64,000 nt of DNA, from contig NC_058368.1 of NCBI RefSeq assembly GCF_018350175.1, positions 215,080,001 to 215,144,000 on the forward strand, read 5' to 3'. Of this stretch, positions 37,354 through 51,639 are shown in pieces (position 1 is the stretch's first letter; the number at the start of each line of letters is the position of its first letter). This DNA comes from Felis catus. Its lineage: Eukaryota. The notes under the pieces are model-generated. The model did no database searches and was not told the origin of the DNA. It worked only from the letters and a program-made list of their open reading frames with translations. The position numbers were made by a program, and so were the translations under genes.

Positions 37354-37558
37354 TTTTTTTAATGTTTATTTATTTTTGAGACAGAGACAGAGTGTGAGCA
37401 GGGGAGGGGCAGAGAGAGAGGAGACACAGAATGTGAAGCAGGCTCCAGTCTCTGAGCTGTCAGCACAGAGCCAGACTCAGGGCTTGAACCCACAAACTGT
37501 GAGATCATGACCTGAGCCGAAGTCAAACGCTTAACTGACTGAGCCACCCAGGAACCCC
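37354..37558 (-). mobile_element. Can-SINE (SINEC_Fc-like)
   Basis: Perfect 19-bp TSD aaaatattcctgtttaaat (37335-37353 / 37559-37577). Confidence 0.97.
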
Positions 37559-37699
37559 AAAATATTCCTGTTTAAATCACGTAAAATTTCACTTCCAACA
37601 CCCATTTTAAGTATATGTAAGCAACATTTTAAAATACTTTTATTGTGAATTCTGGTATAGAATTGTAGGTTTGCATTCATTACTAAATCTTTTTTAGAA

Positions 37700-37825
37700 A
37701 GTAAGAAGCTAATGTTCTCTGTGATAAATTTATCCAGATCGCACAAGTGGCAAATCGTGGAAGGGGGTCTGGAACATAGGCAGAGTCATATGACTTCAAA
37801 GTTCATGCTTATTTCCACTCACGTT
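37700..37825 (-). mobile_element. MIR fragment
   Basis: atttatccagatcgcacaagtggcaaatcgtgg...tgacttcaaagttcatgct. Confidence 0.55.
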
Positions 37826-37897
37826 GCCTTCCTCATGAGAAAGAAAATAAAAGGATGTTAATGTTAATATGCAACTCCATTATAAAAGGGTAATTCT

Positions 37898-38085
37898 GAG
37901 GTGCCTGGTTTGCTCAGTCAAGTGGCTGACTCTTGATTTTGGCTCCTCATCAGCTCATGGCTCTTGAGTTTGAGCCCCACATCAGGCTCTGCACTCACAG
38001 TACAGAGTCTGCTTCAGATCTTCCTCTTCCCTTCCCCTGCTCTCTTCGCTCTAAAAAATAAATTTTAAAAAAAGTTTAAAAAATT
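37898..38085 (+). mobile_element. Can-SINE (diverged)
   Basis: gaggtgcctggtttgctcagtc...gagtttgagccccacatcaggctctgcact; TSD aagggtaatt. Confidence 0.9.
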
Positions 38086-38279
38086 AAGGGTAATTAAAGT
38101 TTTAAATATAAGAAAATTGCAAGGGAATCTCACAGATAATTAGAATGAGGTAAATGAGGCCCTAGGTGGTCTAAGGGGAACATGACATTAATGTTGGCCT
38201 TAAAGGGTAAGTTGAATTCAGAAGTCAAGAAAGAATATGAATTTATCCAAACTTTCTGTAGGACCTATTTTAAAAGGTT

Positions 38280-38800
38280 TTACATAATTTCAAAATGTGC
38301 ATACCCCTTTATTATTTCTAATTCTAGATATATGTGCTAGATATACTCATATGCCCAAATATGTACTGAGTATTATCATGCCCCTAATATAGAAAAATAT
38401 AAAGTCTGAAATTATATAAATGTCCATCAAGAAAAGAATGGATAAAGTTGTAAGTACATAATGGAACAAATAAATTAGAGGTACAGTTTGAAATAGGAGG
38501 ACATATATACTTGAGACATTATTAAAAGAACTTTCTGAACAATATGCATAGTTTGATTCCATGTATGTAAAACCCATTAAATTGATTTACCTGTTTATGT
38601 ATAGATTACTAAAAATGTATTTTCAAACTCTGGGAGGATATACCAGAACTTGTGTTGCTATCTTTAAAGGGGAGTAGAAGTAGCTTTAAAGGGGAGTACA
38701 GGTTGGCATCGTGAGTATAACAACTAATGCATTTGTTTAGTTCTTATTCTCAATAATTTTTAGGGATCAAATTTTTGTTCATTACATGTATTCAAATATT
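38280..38800 (+). mobile_element. Very old L1 (L1ME-like) 3' fragment
   Basis: aaaatgtgcatacccttt...aaatgtccatcaagaaaagaatggataaa. Confidence 0.55.
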
Positions 38801-39514
38801 ATTTAAGTATTAAAATATTCTATATTGATCTAGGGGAATAGGCTCCTTGCCCAGGTTGCTTTCCCACTGTCATTTAGAAAGCAAAGAATTAACCCTTCCC
38901 AAACCATTAGCACAAAAGTATATGAAACAATAGTCAATCTTTATTACCTCTCTGCAACTGGTCTAGATACAGTCAGGAAACTTCAGGCAATTCTGGTGTT
39001 ATAATAAGTTGTACGATAAGTTGTAAAGATACTGGAGACTAGTATCTTATCACCTCTCATTCTTATATGCTCTGATGGCTGGGAGGAGTAAGCATTTCTC
39101 AATCTCCATTTGCACAATTGTACATTGTCTTTTGAATTTCCATTCCATTAAATATGCTCTTCATTATCTGATGTATTATCTAATTTTTCCTCTTTACCTC
39201 GCAACATATTTTTACTTTCCTTTCTGAAATCACTTTGACAATATTCATTAAATATTTTGGGGTCTGTTTCATATCCTTTGGTCTCTTCCAAGTCTTGACA
39301 AAATCCAAAGTAAATTTTAAAATTTAAAAAAGATCTCCAACAATTTCACTTCAAATTACTGGGCATTATCCAATACAGAAAAGTAAGAAAAGGAAATGAA
39401 TGGTAAATATTCTAAAGGAAGATATTATTTACAATGGTTTGTATAGGAAGTTTAAAAGAATCAAATAATTATAAATAAGTAAGATAATACAGTAAGGGGA
39501 CCTCAGTGTGCAAT

Positions 39515-40525
39515 GCTTCTGGGATATGACACCAAAATCACAGGCATCAAAAAAAATCAATTAAAAATATCAACAGAATAAAAAGGCAACCCTCAGAATA
39601 AAAGAAAATATTTAGAAATCATCTATCTGATAAGATATTGATGTCTAGAATATATAAAAAACCTTCTACAACTCAAGAAAACAAACAATCCAATCAAAAA
39701 TGGGCGGAGGGCCGGAACAGACATTTCTCCAAGGAAGATACACAAACGGTCAATAAGCACATGAAAACATTCTCAACATTCCACTGATAATTAGAGAAAA
39801 GCAAATCAAAACCACAATAAGATACTGCTTCACATCCATCAGGATGACTATTACCACTTCATACCTATTAGGAAGGCTATTATAAAAAAGAAAAGAAAAA
39901 CAGATTTGGAGAGAATGAAGAAATTGGAAACGTGTGTAATGCTGATAGGAATGTAAAATGGTGTAGTCACTGTTGAAAATGGTATGCTGATTCTTCAAAC
40001 AAAACAAAACAAAAACAGAATTACCATATAATCATATGATCCAACAATTCCACTTCTGGGCCTATTCCCAAAAGAATTAAAATCAGAGACTTGAACAGAT
40101 ATTGGTGCACCCATGTTCATAGTAGTAGTATTTATTATAGCCAAAATGAGGAAGCAACCCAAGTGTCCACTGAAGGATGAATAGATAAACAAAATGTGTA
40201 TAACAATGGAATATTATTCAACCTTAAGAAGGAAGAAAATCCTGATATATGGGACAAGGTGGATAAGGCTTAACATAATGCTAAGTGCAAAAATGAGCCT
40301 GTCACAGGACAGGTATTGCATGATACCACTTATATGAGATTCCTAGGATAATCAAATTCATAGTCAGAAAGTAGAATTGTGGTTGTTAGGGTCAGTGGGA
40401 GGGAACAATGTGGAATTAGTGTTTAATGGATACAAAATTTCATTTGGGAAAGGTGCAATTCTTAAAATGAATGACGGCGATGGTTGCACAATAATATGAC
40501 TGTATTTAGTGTCACAAAAATGCAC
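39515..40525 (+). mobile_element. L1 (L1MA/MB-like) ORF2 3' end and 3' UTR
   Basis: ggatatgacaccaaaa...acagacatttctccaaggaagatacacaaac...catatgatccaacaattccacttctggg...gatggttgcacaata. Confidence 0.88.
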
Positions 40526-42263
40526 TACCAATGTGTTCCATTGGCTAGAGCATTTTATAAAGAATTTCTCCCATGTTCCTGTTAGCATGGATGTACAAAA
40601 TTCTCCATGCTGTTTTTGTAGTATCCCAAATTCCAAGCAACGTAATTTTCTATCACTAGTTATATTTCCTACTGTAAATCTGGTACTAACTCACCTCTCT
40701 TAAAGTCACCTTTGTTTTGCTAAGGAGAAGTTTCTTGTTTTCTTTTCCTTTATGGTCTAGGATAGTTTTTGGTAACTGGAGTGATTCTGGAAGTATTTGG
40801 AAGGCAGAAGAAGGCAGGGTCCTTTATTCTCATGAGTTGGTTGTAACCAGATGCCTGGGGAAAATGAAAGATTTACAACAATTTATTGGTGAGTGCCTGA
40901 GAGCCACCTGTTGGGCTATTGCCACCTGAGATAATTAGTGGGAAGTTTCACAGAGCCTCTTGAACATAGGGGCAGTTCCACATCAGAGCCACAGGCTGGG
41001 ATTTTCAGTGTCTCTTCCAAAACCTCCTACCACCCTGATTTCTCTGGCTTCCCGTGACAACATGCTGTTATTCTAGATCTTTCTTTAAAACTTTGTATCT
41101 GGATTACAGAGTACTTCTGTTTCACTGACTGAATATAGATTGATGTAATTAGACAAGCAGTTAACTTATGGTATGCATAAGATACACTCCAGTACTTAAA
41201 AAATATGAAGTAGCCCAGTGAATTCTAATTAAGAAAAACGTAATAAAGTTGTAGGGAAACACCAACAGTACTGTCCCACTTAAGACTGTGTTTCTAAAAT
41301 TGTTAACAGGAGTTGTCTCCAGAGAGACTATTGGAGGGCTGGGTAGGATGAATGAAGATGAACATTCACATTATTCTCTTTAAACTTCTGGTTCCCATTT
41401 GCATCTTTTGATAAAAACCTTAATGATACTCTTGAAATTAGAAATAACAACAAAAAGAACAACCAGAAAGGCTAAAAAATGCCTGACCCTTGGTAATCCC
41501 CAATGATTTTTGTCTCCTATGTAGTAACTTCTGATAGTTATGTCGAAGACTACAACTTGTATTTTTATCATTGCTTATATATTATAAATATTATACACAC
41601 ACACACCTCCTGCAGAAAATGTATACCTCACAAAAGCATTCTCCTAACATACAATCCTAACTTTACATTTTGTCATGAACACTAAACCACATTTCAATAT
41701 CACAGAGACCTATTAGCAATTTCTTCAATTTTTCTTCAATCATTAGACTCCTTGTTCAGTTGTTTCTTTTTATTTATTTCAACTTTACCAAGAAAACCCT
41801 AACTCTCTAAGATACTTATATTTCTTTGCCATTCTCCTATGAAAATTCAAGCCCCATATCACTATTTCAATCCGATTCCTCCACTTCCAGATAAGGAAAA
41901 ATGCATTCTGTTGAAGAATATGATACAACTTTTAGACTTGTTATTTGAAGATAATAAACTATAACCATAGATGTTCAGTCACTATTTTAATTCCATAGTC
42001 CTCTCTTTTTTAAATTTCTGTCCAATAGGATTCCAAATTTATTTTCTCAAGATTTAGCATGAAACTCTTATTTCATAAATGTCTGTCCACCAAATAAATT
42101 TCTCGTGTTTTCACCTTCTTGCCAAAAATATGTTTATATAAATTCAGATTTGTTGTCGTAAAATATCAGAGGGTCATTATTTCCTGCTGCACCGGTATGA
42201 CTTCTCCATTCTACTTGGTTTTCCTCAGTACTTGCTGTACAGCTTGTATATATGGAAAAAAAG

Positions 42264-42357
42264 ACACACACACATATGTATATATACATATATACATATA
42301 TATGTATATATGTGTGTGTATGTATATATGTATGTACGTGTGTGTGTGTGTGTGTGT
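42264..42357. repeat. Compound (CA)n/(TA)n/(TG)n microsatellite
   Basis: Direct reading of an alternating purine-pyrimidine tract. Confidence 0.95.
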
Positions 42358-42554
42358 AGTGATTTGGTAATGGAATTGGTGATTTTCCATAAGCACATTC
42401 TGAATGCTCTCATTATAAGAAGTTTGACTTTAGGCAATCTTTTAAATAATCTCTAATGGATCCATTGCCCTTGGCCAAAACCTCTTAAAGGATACTAATT
42501 GTTTTCTCTATTTCCTTCTTGCTAAGAGTTAGCATTGTTATTAAATCTAAGAAT

Positions 42555-42815
42555 AATAATAATGGTAATAAGTAATATTTACTGAGTACTTACTATATTC
42601 TAGGAATCTTTTAGATACATTAAATTTTTAAAATTTTCATATGTTTTCAACAGCCCTAACAGGTAAGCACTATTATAATTCAAATGTTAAGATTTGTAAA
42701 CTGAACTATAGACAATTTGGATAACTTGCCAGAGGTCACACCGTCAGTAAGTGATTAAACAGTATTTTAAGCCAAAGTGGCCAACTCCAAAAACTAGCAC
42801 CTTAATCATTATGTT
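42555..42815 (-). mobile_element. MIR
   Basis: aatatttactgagtacttacta...caacagccct...gtaaactga...taacttgccagaggtcacaccgtcagtaagtg. Confidence 0.8.
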
Positions 42816-44776
42816 GTCCTGCATTTCAACTGTACACATTAGTGAAATAATTTGCTCCTTTAAATAGGGAGAAGATTGTGTTTGGTTGATGATTCACAGG
42901 AATGGGTGGTACTCTATTTTTATGATGTGTATTATCTAAACTGTGCATATATGTAAACATTTTTTACATATGATAAAATTTTTAAAAATAACCTTACCAC
43001 AGTGGTCAATTTTGGGATCATTGCCAAGATTGTAACTGATTGCTTTTGCCTTCAGTTTATATCTTGTCTGAACAGGAACTTATTAAAATTTTCCACAAGG
43101 CTTATGAAAGGGTTATGAAGCTCTTGCTTTATTTTTCTAGGAGTAATGTCACCCCCAGAACTTTTACATTTTACAATTAGTGTAATTTATACATTTTGCA
43201 TCTTTCTGGAATCATGTCTCAGTGGACATCATTAGGATAAGCATTGGCCCTCAGAAAAATACCACATTCCAAAGAAGTTTCTAGGTAAGGAACATTCGAA
43301 CACAATTAGTATCTAGGCATTGCCCATATTACCTCTTGCCCTTTTCTAAAGATGGACAGCTTTATCATCTGAAGGTAGTAGGACTCTTCCACAGACTAAA
43401 CGGGGTAGCGCACTAGGCATTTAGCGTCTATTGACAAACACACTTAACAGATAATGAGTGACTTTCAGCAAACGGTCAGGTACAGAGAAAGATAATTGTG
43501 GATCAATGTTGAAATCCAATTAGAATTTCATTTTGTCTCATTTGGCTAAACAGATACAACCTATCTATGGAGACACATAAATTAACCACAAGTAAAGAGG
43601 ATTCCTCATCAGGGGGATTTTAAGCTTTGGTTTTCTGATAATACACCTGTGAACCATCTTGTAAAGAGGGTGCTGTAACCTTAGCACGATCTGCTTAAGA
43701 AAAAATAGCAATAATGTTCTATCTGTTCCATAGTGTCGGGGAAATGATTGAATGCTAGTACCAGATGCCTTAAGCAGTATTTGGACATTTTCTTCAAGTT
43801 CTACCAGGAGAATGTTATTCAAAGGAGAAGTGCCACTTTGATTCACCAGTAAAGAGTGGACTGAGCTCTCTGTTTGGAATTACAGCCCTTACAAACACTT
43901 TCCATATTTCTCTGCTGTGATTCACTCTTTCTTGGTGTTACTGTAAGTTTCAAAACTCATTATGTAGTTTTGGATTTTGCTGTTCTAACATCAGTATCCA
44001 GAAGTCAATACAGAGTTTCTCAGTCCGGAATTCTGTTCTTTTAAATATTCCTATAATCAACGGTTTTTTGTCATATGCTTTCGGCCTAGTGATTGTGTCC
44101 TTAAAAGGGCCTTCTTTTATCCACATTTCTGAATTTTGTTTCTTCATTAGAATTTAAGTTCCATGAGAACAGGAAATTTTTCATCTTCCTCTAATACCTT
44201 GACCAATATGTAATACATATGATTCAGTGACTGTCTACTATAATGTTTGGCATAAAATATGTGTTCAACATTGATTTGGTGAATGTATGAGTCAACTATA
44301 CTACATTTCTTAAAGCATGGAGTTGAAATCTGAATTTCACCAAAAGTTCATAAACTAGTGAAAATATATTGATCAATTTGCCTTTTTCAACAAATATTGA
44401 TTAAGTAAATAAAACGTTACAAATAGTATTTCCTGAAAAGATTGAGAAAGTACTCTGGCAACCACATGTGATAATGCTGGATGCCAGAATTCTAAAAATA
44501 ACCAAAAAAATATTGTACAAGTTTTCATCCCAAGTTAAGTCCTCAAACATTTCTGTTAAGGAGGGCTTTTCTTTCTAATTTTGTGCCTTAAAATATACAT
44601 TACTAACACCACATTAAAAATTCAAATCTAAATCTTTATAGCCCAAAATACAAAATCTTTTAACACATTAATGTGTATGGAAAAAAAAGATCAATTTTTC
44701 TGTTGTTAATGGAAGTATTATTGAAATAAAAGTGGGGATTTCAATTTTTTTGATTTTCAATTTAAAACCTAATCCA

Positions 44777-45680
44777 CTGGATTATTTGTTTTTACGGTGT
44801 GGATTTGGTGAGTTCTTTATAGATTTTGGATAGTAGCTCTTAGTCTGATATGTCATTTGCAAATATCTTTTCTCATTCCGTTGGTTGCCTTTTAGTTTTG
44901 TTGATTGTTTCCTTTGCAGTGTAGAAACTTTTTATTTTCATGAGGTCCCAACACTCAGATACCACCTCACGCCAGTCAGAGTGGCTAAAATGAACAAATC
45001 AAGAGACTATAGATGCTGGAGAGGATGTGGAGAAACGGGAACCCTCTTGCACTGTTGGGAATGCAAACTGGTGCAGCCACTCTGGAAAACAGTGTGGAGG
45101 TTCCTCAAAAAATTAAAAATAGATCTACCCTATGACCCAGCAATAGCACTGCTAGGAATTTACCCAAGGGATACAGGAGTGCTGATGCATAGGGGCACTT
45201 GTACCCCGATGTTTATAGCAGCACTTTCAACAATAGCCAAATTATGGAAGGAGCCTAAATGTCCATCAACTGATGAATGGAAAAAGAAATTGTGGTTTAT
45301 ATACACAATGGAATACTACGTGGCAATGAGAAAGAATGAAATATGGCCTTTTGCAGCAACGTGGATGGGACTGGAGAGTGTTATGCTAAGAGAAATAAGT
45401 CATACAGAGAAAGACAGATACCATATGTTTTCACTCTTATGTGGATCCTGAGAAACTTAACAGAAGACCATGGGGGAGGGGAAGGAAAAAAAAAGTTAGG
45501 GAGAGAGCCAAGCCATAAGAGACTCTTAAAAACTGAAAACAAACTGAGGGTTGATGGGGGGTGGGAGGGAGGGGAGGGTGGGTGATGGGTATTGAGGAGG
45601 GCACCTGTTGGGATCAGCCCTGGGTGTTGCATGGAAACCAATTTGACAATAAATTTCATATTAAAAAAATAAAATACTAC
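44777..45680 (+). mobile_element. Young felid L1, 5'-truncated with a 5' inversion
   Basis: 44777-44951 is antisense ORF2. 44952-45451 is an open ORF2 C-terminus ([10 protein letters not shown]...[25 protein letters not shown]), followed by a G-rich 3' UTR, AATAAA and an A tail. TSD aa(a/g)ac(c/a)taatcca. Confidence 0.95.
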
Positions 45681-47249
45681 ATAAAAGACATAATCCATTT
45701 ACCATACACAATTATGTAAAAGTAATATGCTTGTACTTTCATTTAAAGAAATAAAAACAGTGATTATTATTTGACAATTTGATTTCCTTACACCCAGCAT
45801 ATTTTTATTACCTGCTTGGCAAATGCCCATAGGAATTTAGGTTCTGAGCCCAGAAGTTAAAACCCTTCTAAGAAGGGAATTATTTCCTGTCTACGTTTTG
45901 TAAGATACCTTGATTCCTCACGGAGTCAGTAAATAAATCATTATCTAACCGTGCAGAAAAGTGTTTATTGGTCTTCTCTTCAGCTTAACAGAATATAATA
46001 AAAACCAAAATAAAACCAACCACAACATATTCCTTTTGGCTATTCCTTCAGTTTCATACATAGCACCTTTGACATGATGATAATAGTAAGGACTTGATTG
46101 AATTCTAAGGCTGGGATTTGTCTTTTTTAAATTCTTATCTTGCTTTAATTATTTTACATCAGAAATAATAAAACATGTGACTCTATTCTTCCAATAACTT
46201 CAATAATTCCTGCCATTAGATCTACCAAAATGTAAGTAGGCACACAATCTGTATATGATGAAGCACAATTTGCTCATCTGAATAATCTTTTTGCTAAAAG
46301 AAAGACTTACCCCTTGATTTTCAATAGATCTTGCTCACCTTGACAACCCCTGAGATTCCTTCCCAGTTTCAGGAGCACACACGAGCAGAAATTTTCTGTA
46401 GTTACTATTACTTTCTCCATCAACCATTGATGAATATTTTTAATCCTACCCAGTTTGTGTAAATCAGGGGTATGTTGTATCTGGCAGTGAGATAGGGGCC
46501 TTTGTTCAAGGGTGATTAAGAAGTTAACCAGCTTTCAGAATTCATTGAATGAATCTTGGTCATCTCCATGTGACCTATGCTGAAATCATTAGTTATAATC
46601 ACAGAAGATTTTCAGTCCATAGAATTTGGCATCCCCACTGTTCCACAACCCCCCCCCCTTTTAAAACACTGCATGTCTCTGCTGTCATACAGGGACCCCC
46701 TTTTTATCTCTAATGGAGCCTCTGATTCTACCTCCACTTAACAGCCACCATCCTGCTCTGAAATGCGCTTCTACTCTCATTGTGTTTCATTACACCTGTT
46801 ACTATGCCATACCCATCACTTCCTAGACCAGTGGCTATTGCCATTGAGAGAAATCAAGACCTAATTCACTATGTATCTCAAGTTGAGTGTCCAAAAAATT
46901 GGTAGATGATCCTGCTATAGTAGGACAGATTTTAAGACATTACAGATGTTTTTGAACTCCAGGGTAAGAAATTATGCTTTTTTTGATAGGAAATGAAAAG
47001 TTATTGTGAAACATTGAAGAGGGCAGTAAAAATGATTAAAAGTGCTCTTGAGGAAACTTGTTGACTTGTATGTAAAGGGAAAATGGAAGCAGGAATGTTT
47101 TTTTTTTTTTTTTTTTTTTTTTATGTTCCAGTTAAGGGTACAGTGTTTAACAACCCTAAAAAGATAGTCACTGGTAAAGAGAACTTTACCACTTTATATC
47201 CCTTTGTGGAATGTTTCAAAGAAACAAATTCACATGAACATTTCAACAG

Positions 47250-48757
47250 ATTTTTTTTTAATTTTTATGTTGGTGTGGTAAGAAACTCAATGTCAGATCT
47301 AACCTTTTAATAAAATTGCAAGTGTACAATACAGTATTGTTGCCTGTAGGTGCTATGTTGGACAGCAGATCTGTTCACAGATGGCAGGATCTTATATGTA
47401 GAAAATCCTAAAGATTGCACAAATAAACCAACAAACAAAAACTTAAGAAAAGAACTCCATACTAGTTATAAGTCTGCTAAGGATTTCTATTTCTTCATGA
47501 TTAAATCTAGGTAGGTTATATATTTCTAGGAATTCGTTTGTTCTGGGTTATTCAGTTTGTTGGCATAGAATTGTTTATAATAGCTCGTAGGATCCTTTTT
47601 AATTTTGTATCATTAGTTGTAATCTCTCCTCTTTCATTTCTGATTTTGAGTCTTCTCTCTTTATTCACCTATTTAGCTAGCCTAGCTAAAGTCTTATAAA
47701 CTCTATCATTTTAAGAAATCACCCTTAGTTTCACTGATTTTTTTTCTGTTGTTTTTCTATTGTTTTTCTATTCTCTATTTCATTTAATTCTCTAGTCTTT
47801 ATTATCTCCTTCCTTCTGCTAACTTTGGGCTTAGTTTGTTCCTTTTCTAGTTCTTAAAGTGTAAACTTATTTGTATCTTTTTTTTTCTTTTTAAGTGTTC
47901 ACTGCTATAAACTTCCCTTTTCTTAGTGTTTTCCTCATATCTCATAAATTGTGATATTTTATATTTTCATTTTTATTTTTCTTAAGATACCCCCTATTTT
48001 TATTTCTTTGTTGGGTGTTCAAAAGTATGTTTAATTTCCACATACTTGTGAATTTGTCTTTTTTTTTCTGATATTGGTTTCATGCCACTGTATTCAGAAA
48101 AGATATTTGGTATGATTTCAGTCTTCTTAAATTTGATAAGACTTGTGACCTGCAGTTTGATCTATCCTTAAGAAAGATTTATGTGCACTTAAGAAATTGT
48201 GTATTCTGCTGATCAGTGAAGTCTTCTGTATATGACTATTATATCCATTTTGTCTATAACATTGTCAATCAAGTCCACTCTTTGGTGATTTTCATATGGC
48301 TGATTTTTGTCCAGTGTTGAAAGTGAGGTATGGAAGTCTTATAGTATTATTGTATTACTATTTTTCTGTTTGATATTTTAATATTTGACTTGGATTTTGT
48401 CTATCTATTTTGTCTGATATAAATATAGACAATGATTCTCTCTTTGGGGAGTCATTTGCATGGAATCCCTTCATTTCCCATCCCTTCACTTTCAACCTAT
48501 GTTAGTGTCTTTGAATCTAAAGTAGTTTCTTGTGGGCAGCATGTAGCAATATTGTTTTTTATCCATTCATCCACTCTATGTCTTCTGATTGGTGAATTTA
48601 TCAGTTTACATTTAATGTAATTATTGATAGGGAAGGATTTCATCTTGTTTTCTGTTTGTTTTATAGTTATTTTGTCCTTCTTGATTCCTTTGTGTTTTAT
48701 TGATTTTCTGTATTGTTATATTTTGATTCCTTTTTTCTTTTTTGTAATATCTATTAG

Positions 48758-48852
<95 letters not shown>

Positions 48853-50305
48853 ATTACCATAGGGTTTACATAAAATATCTAGTAGTTATAACAGTCCATT
48901 TTAAGCTGGTAACAACTTAATCTGAATCGCATACAAACTCTATGCTTTTACTTTTCCTCCCCTGAACTTTGTTATTCATGTCATAACTTACATTTAATTT
49001 TATTGTTTATCTATTAACATATTTTACTTACAGTTATTTTTGATACTTTTGTCTTTTAACTTTTATACCACAATTCAAAAGGATTTACCCACCACTATTA
49101 CAATAATACAGGATTCTGTTGCTGTCTATATATTTACCTTTACTGATGGGTTTTAGAATTTCTTAATCTATTTTGCAACTTGAAGAACTTTTAGCATTTA
49201 TTCTAAGTCAGGTCTAGTGGGAATAACTTTCTCAGCTTTTATTTGTCTGAGAATGTCTTCATCTCTTCTTCAGTTGTGAAGGACAGTTCGGATATATATA
49301 GAATTCTTGGTTGGCACTTTGTTTTTTTCCTTTCAGTACTTTGAATACATCATCTCACTCTCTTTGGTGTATAAGTTTTTGGTGAGAAATCTGATTCTAA
49401 TTTTATTGAGATTCCCTTGTATTTGACAAGTTGCTTTCATTTGCTACATTCAGAATGACTTCTTTCTTTTTGTCTTTTGACAATTTGATTACAATATGTC
49501 TTTGTGTGGGTTTCTTTGGATTTATTTATTAGAATATTATGGACTTTGTGGATCTGGATGTTCATAACTTTCACAGATTTGGTAAGTTTTAAGCCATCAT
49601 TTTTTTGATAATAAATTATTCTGGAGACTTCCTGAGGAATTAGCTTCAGTCTCTGTTGTCTCAGAATAGTGATGGGACCCAACACACCCTAAATTCTTGG
49701 GGACCTCTAAAAACAAAGTAGTTTGGACCAGCATAAAGACTTGATAATATCTGGGAAGACTTAATAGAGAAGCTCTTTTATAGTACACGGCTTATCTATC
49801 AGCACTAAGAGAGGTGGTTCTTTTGTCTAATACATAGATATCAATACAGAGTCAAGAAAACAAAGAAACAGGGAAATATTTTACAAATAATTCAATAAGA
49901 TAAATCTTTAGAAATAGGCTCTAAGAAAACAGAGATGTAGAATGTACCTAAAAGAGGATTCATATTAACTGTCACACATAGGCTTACTAAGATCATGAGA
50001 ACAATGCATAAATAAAGTGAGATTAAAAAAAAGATATAAAAAAGTACCAAACAGAAATCATGGAGCTGAAGAACACAATAACTGGACTGAAAAATTCACT
50101 AATGGAATTCAACACCAGACTAGGTCAAGCAGAAGAAAGGATCAGTAAACTTAAACACAAGTCATTGGAAATTATTTGGTCAGAGGAGAAAAAAAGGAAA
50201 GAAAAAAAGGAAAAAGGCCTGAGGCATTTATAGCACACCATCAAATTAAATCGGGGAGGACAGAGAGAAAGAGAAAGGACTGGAAAACTTATTCAAAAAA
50301 ATGGG
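47250..50305 (-). mobile_element. Rearranged older L1: 3' end, inverted RT fragment, antisense EN/ORF1, inverted 5' part
   Basis: 47250-47370 is a minus L1 3' end; ~47373-47465 is a plus fragment around the FADDMILY-equivalent; ~47470-49620 is minus ORF2 5' part and ORF1 3' part; ~49630-50305 is plus 5'UTR/ORF1 (gaaatcatggagctgaagaacacaataactg). Confidence 0.8.
48760..48849. repeat. (GT)n(GA)n compound microsatellite
   Basis: Direct reading. Confidence 0.97.
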
Positions 50306-51639
50306 AATGTGTGCAAGTGTCTTTCTTGGCATGATAAGGGATACCAGAGTTTGTATTCTGAAGTATAGGATAAAAGGATTGGCTTTTGTTTTGACAAACT
50401 TCTGACACCAGTAAATGTCATAGTTGTATCATTAGTTTTAAATATTTCCCTTTATTGTCTGGATATCTCTATATAGAGGAAGAAGAATAAGCATTTCTAT
50501 AATAGTGACATAAATTAAGCAAGAAATAAAATAATGTCTTGCTACTGAGAGAAAGAAATCAACACATTTTCCAATGATTTTTTTTTAATTTAGCGTGTGA
50601 TAACACTTTGTTCACAAAGGACATACTGCTGTGAATCCTTCTTATTGTTCTGCAGAGCATGGACATATAGCAGTACTATATTTAATTTTTCAGAAAGTAG
50701 ATGACATTTCTGCCCTTCAGATCGTTCAAATCTTCTCCTTAATCCATAAACTTGAAGTGAGTATCTAGATCATTCTTAAGAGAATTAGAAAGATGTTATA
50801 GATACCAGGGAAACATTGAAATATATATCTTAAGAAAGTAGAGTAAAACTAGATAAACATAATAAAATATATTCATGAATGATTTGTTTCTAGAAAAATA
50901 ATAAAAATAATAAAAATGTTGCATGGATTAAAAATCTTCCTACATACATTTATTTGTGTTTCCATTTTCCTTAAAAAATGCTGAATAAAACATTTTTCAA
51001 CTAACTTTATATTTAATTAGACTTATTAGGATTATCTTTCATAAAATACCAGTAATTAGGTGCTTCCTTTGAAAGCATAGATGTCAAATGAAACAGGAAA
51101 AAATGCCTGCATGTTTGCTTGATTCAGATGATGTTCAAGCCTCATATTTCCTGGCTTTGGATAGCAAAGTGGGAGCTTTCTATGCTTCTGGCCATCTACG
51201 TACCCAACACAGAGTACAGGAGATGATGGGATACATTTTCCAGCGTTCAAAAGAAAGCGTGGTTTATAAATGTATCAAGGACAAGGACACACACACACAC
51301 ACCATCCTATAAAACACTTGGAGAACATCAATAAATATGGTATTATTTCAGTTCTTAAAATTTAGCTACTGTGATTAGATAGGCATTCCTTTTCACCTGC
51401 ATTGTTAGGAACTTCAGATTAGCAATGAAAGAATTAGCTTTGGTTTGACAGACTTTGATTTCAGTCATAGAGGAATGTGAAAAATATTTAATATCAATTA
51501 AATAAATAGTGATACATAGTATCTTATTTTTCAATAGTTGCATCTTTTATAACATTTTAATGAAAATTTTAAAACCTGTATTTCGGTTTCTTCTAAGAGC
51601 TTCAAGAATCTCATGCTCTTGTCACCCACTCACCCACAC

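Noticed and set aside
43565..43846. 93-aa minus-strand ORF in unique sequence
   Set aside because: Non-ATG start, no recognisable domain and no splice context.
44885..45451. 188-aa ORF with a Cys-rich motif
   Set aside because: L1 ORF2 C-terminus fused to an inverted L1 piece, with a non-ATG start; not a host gene.
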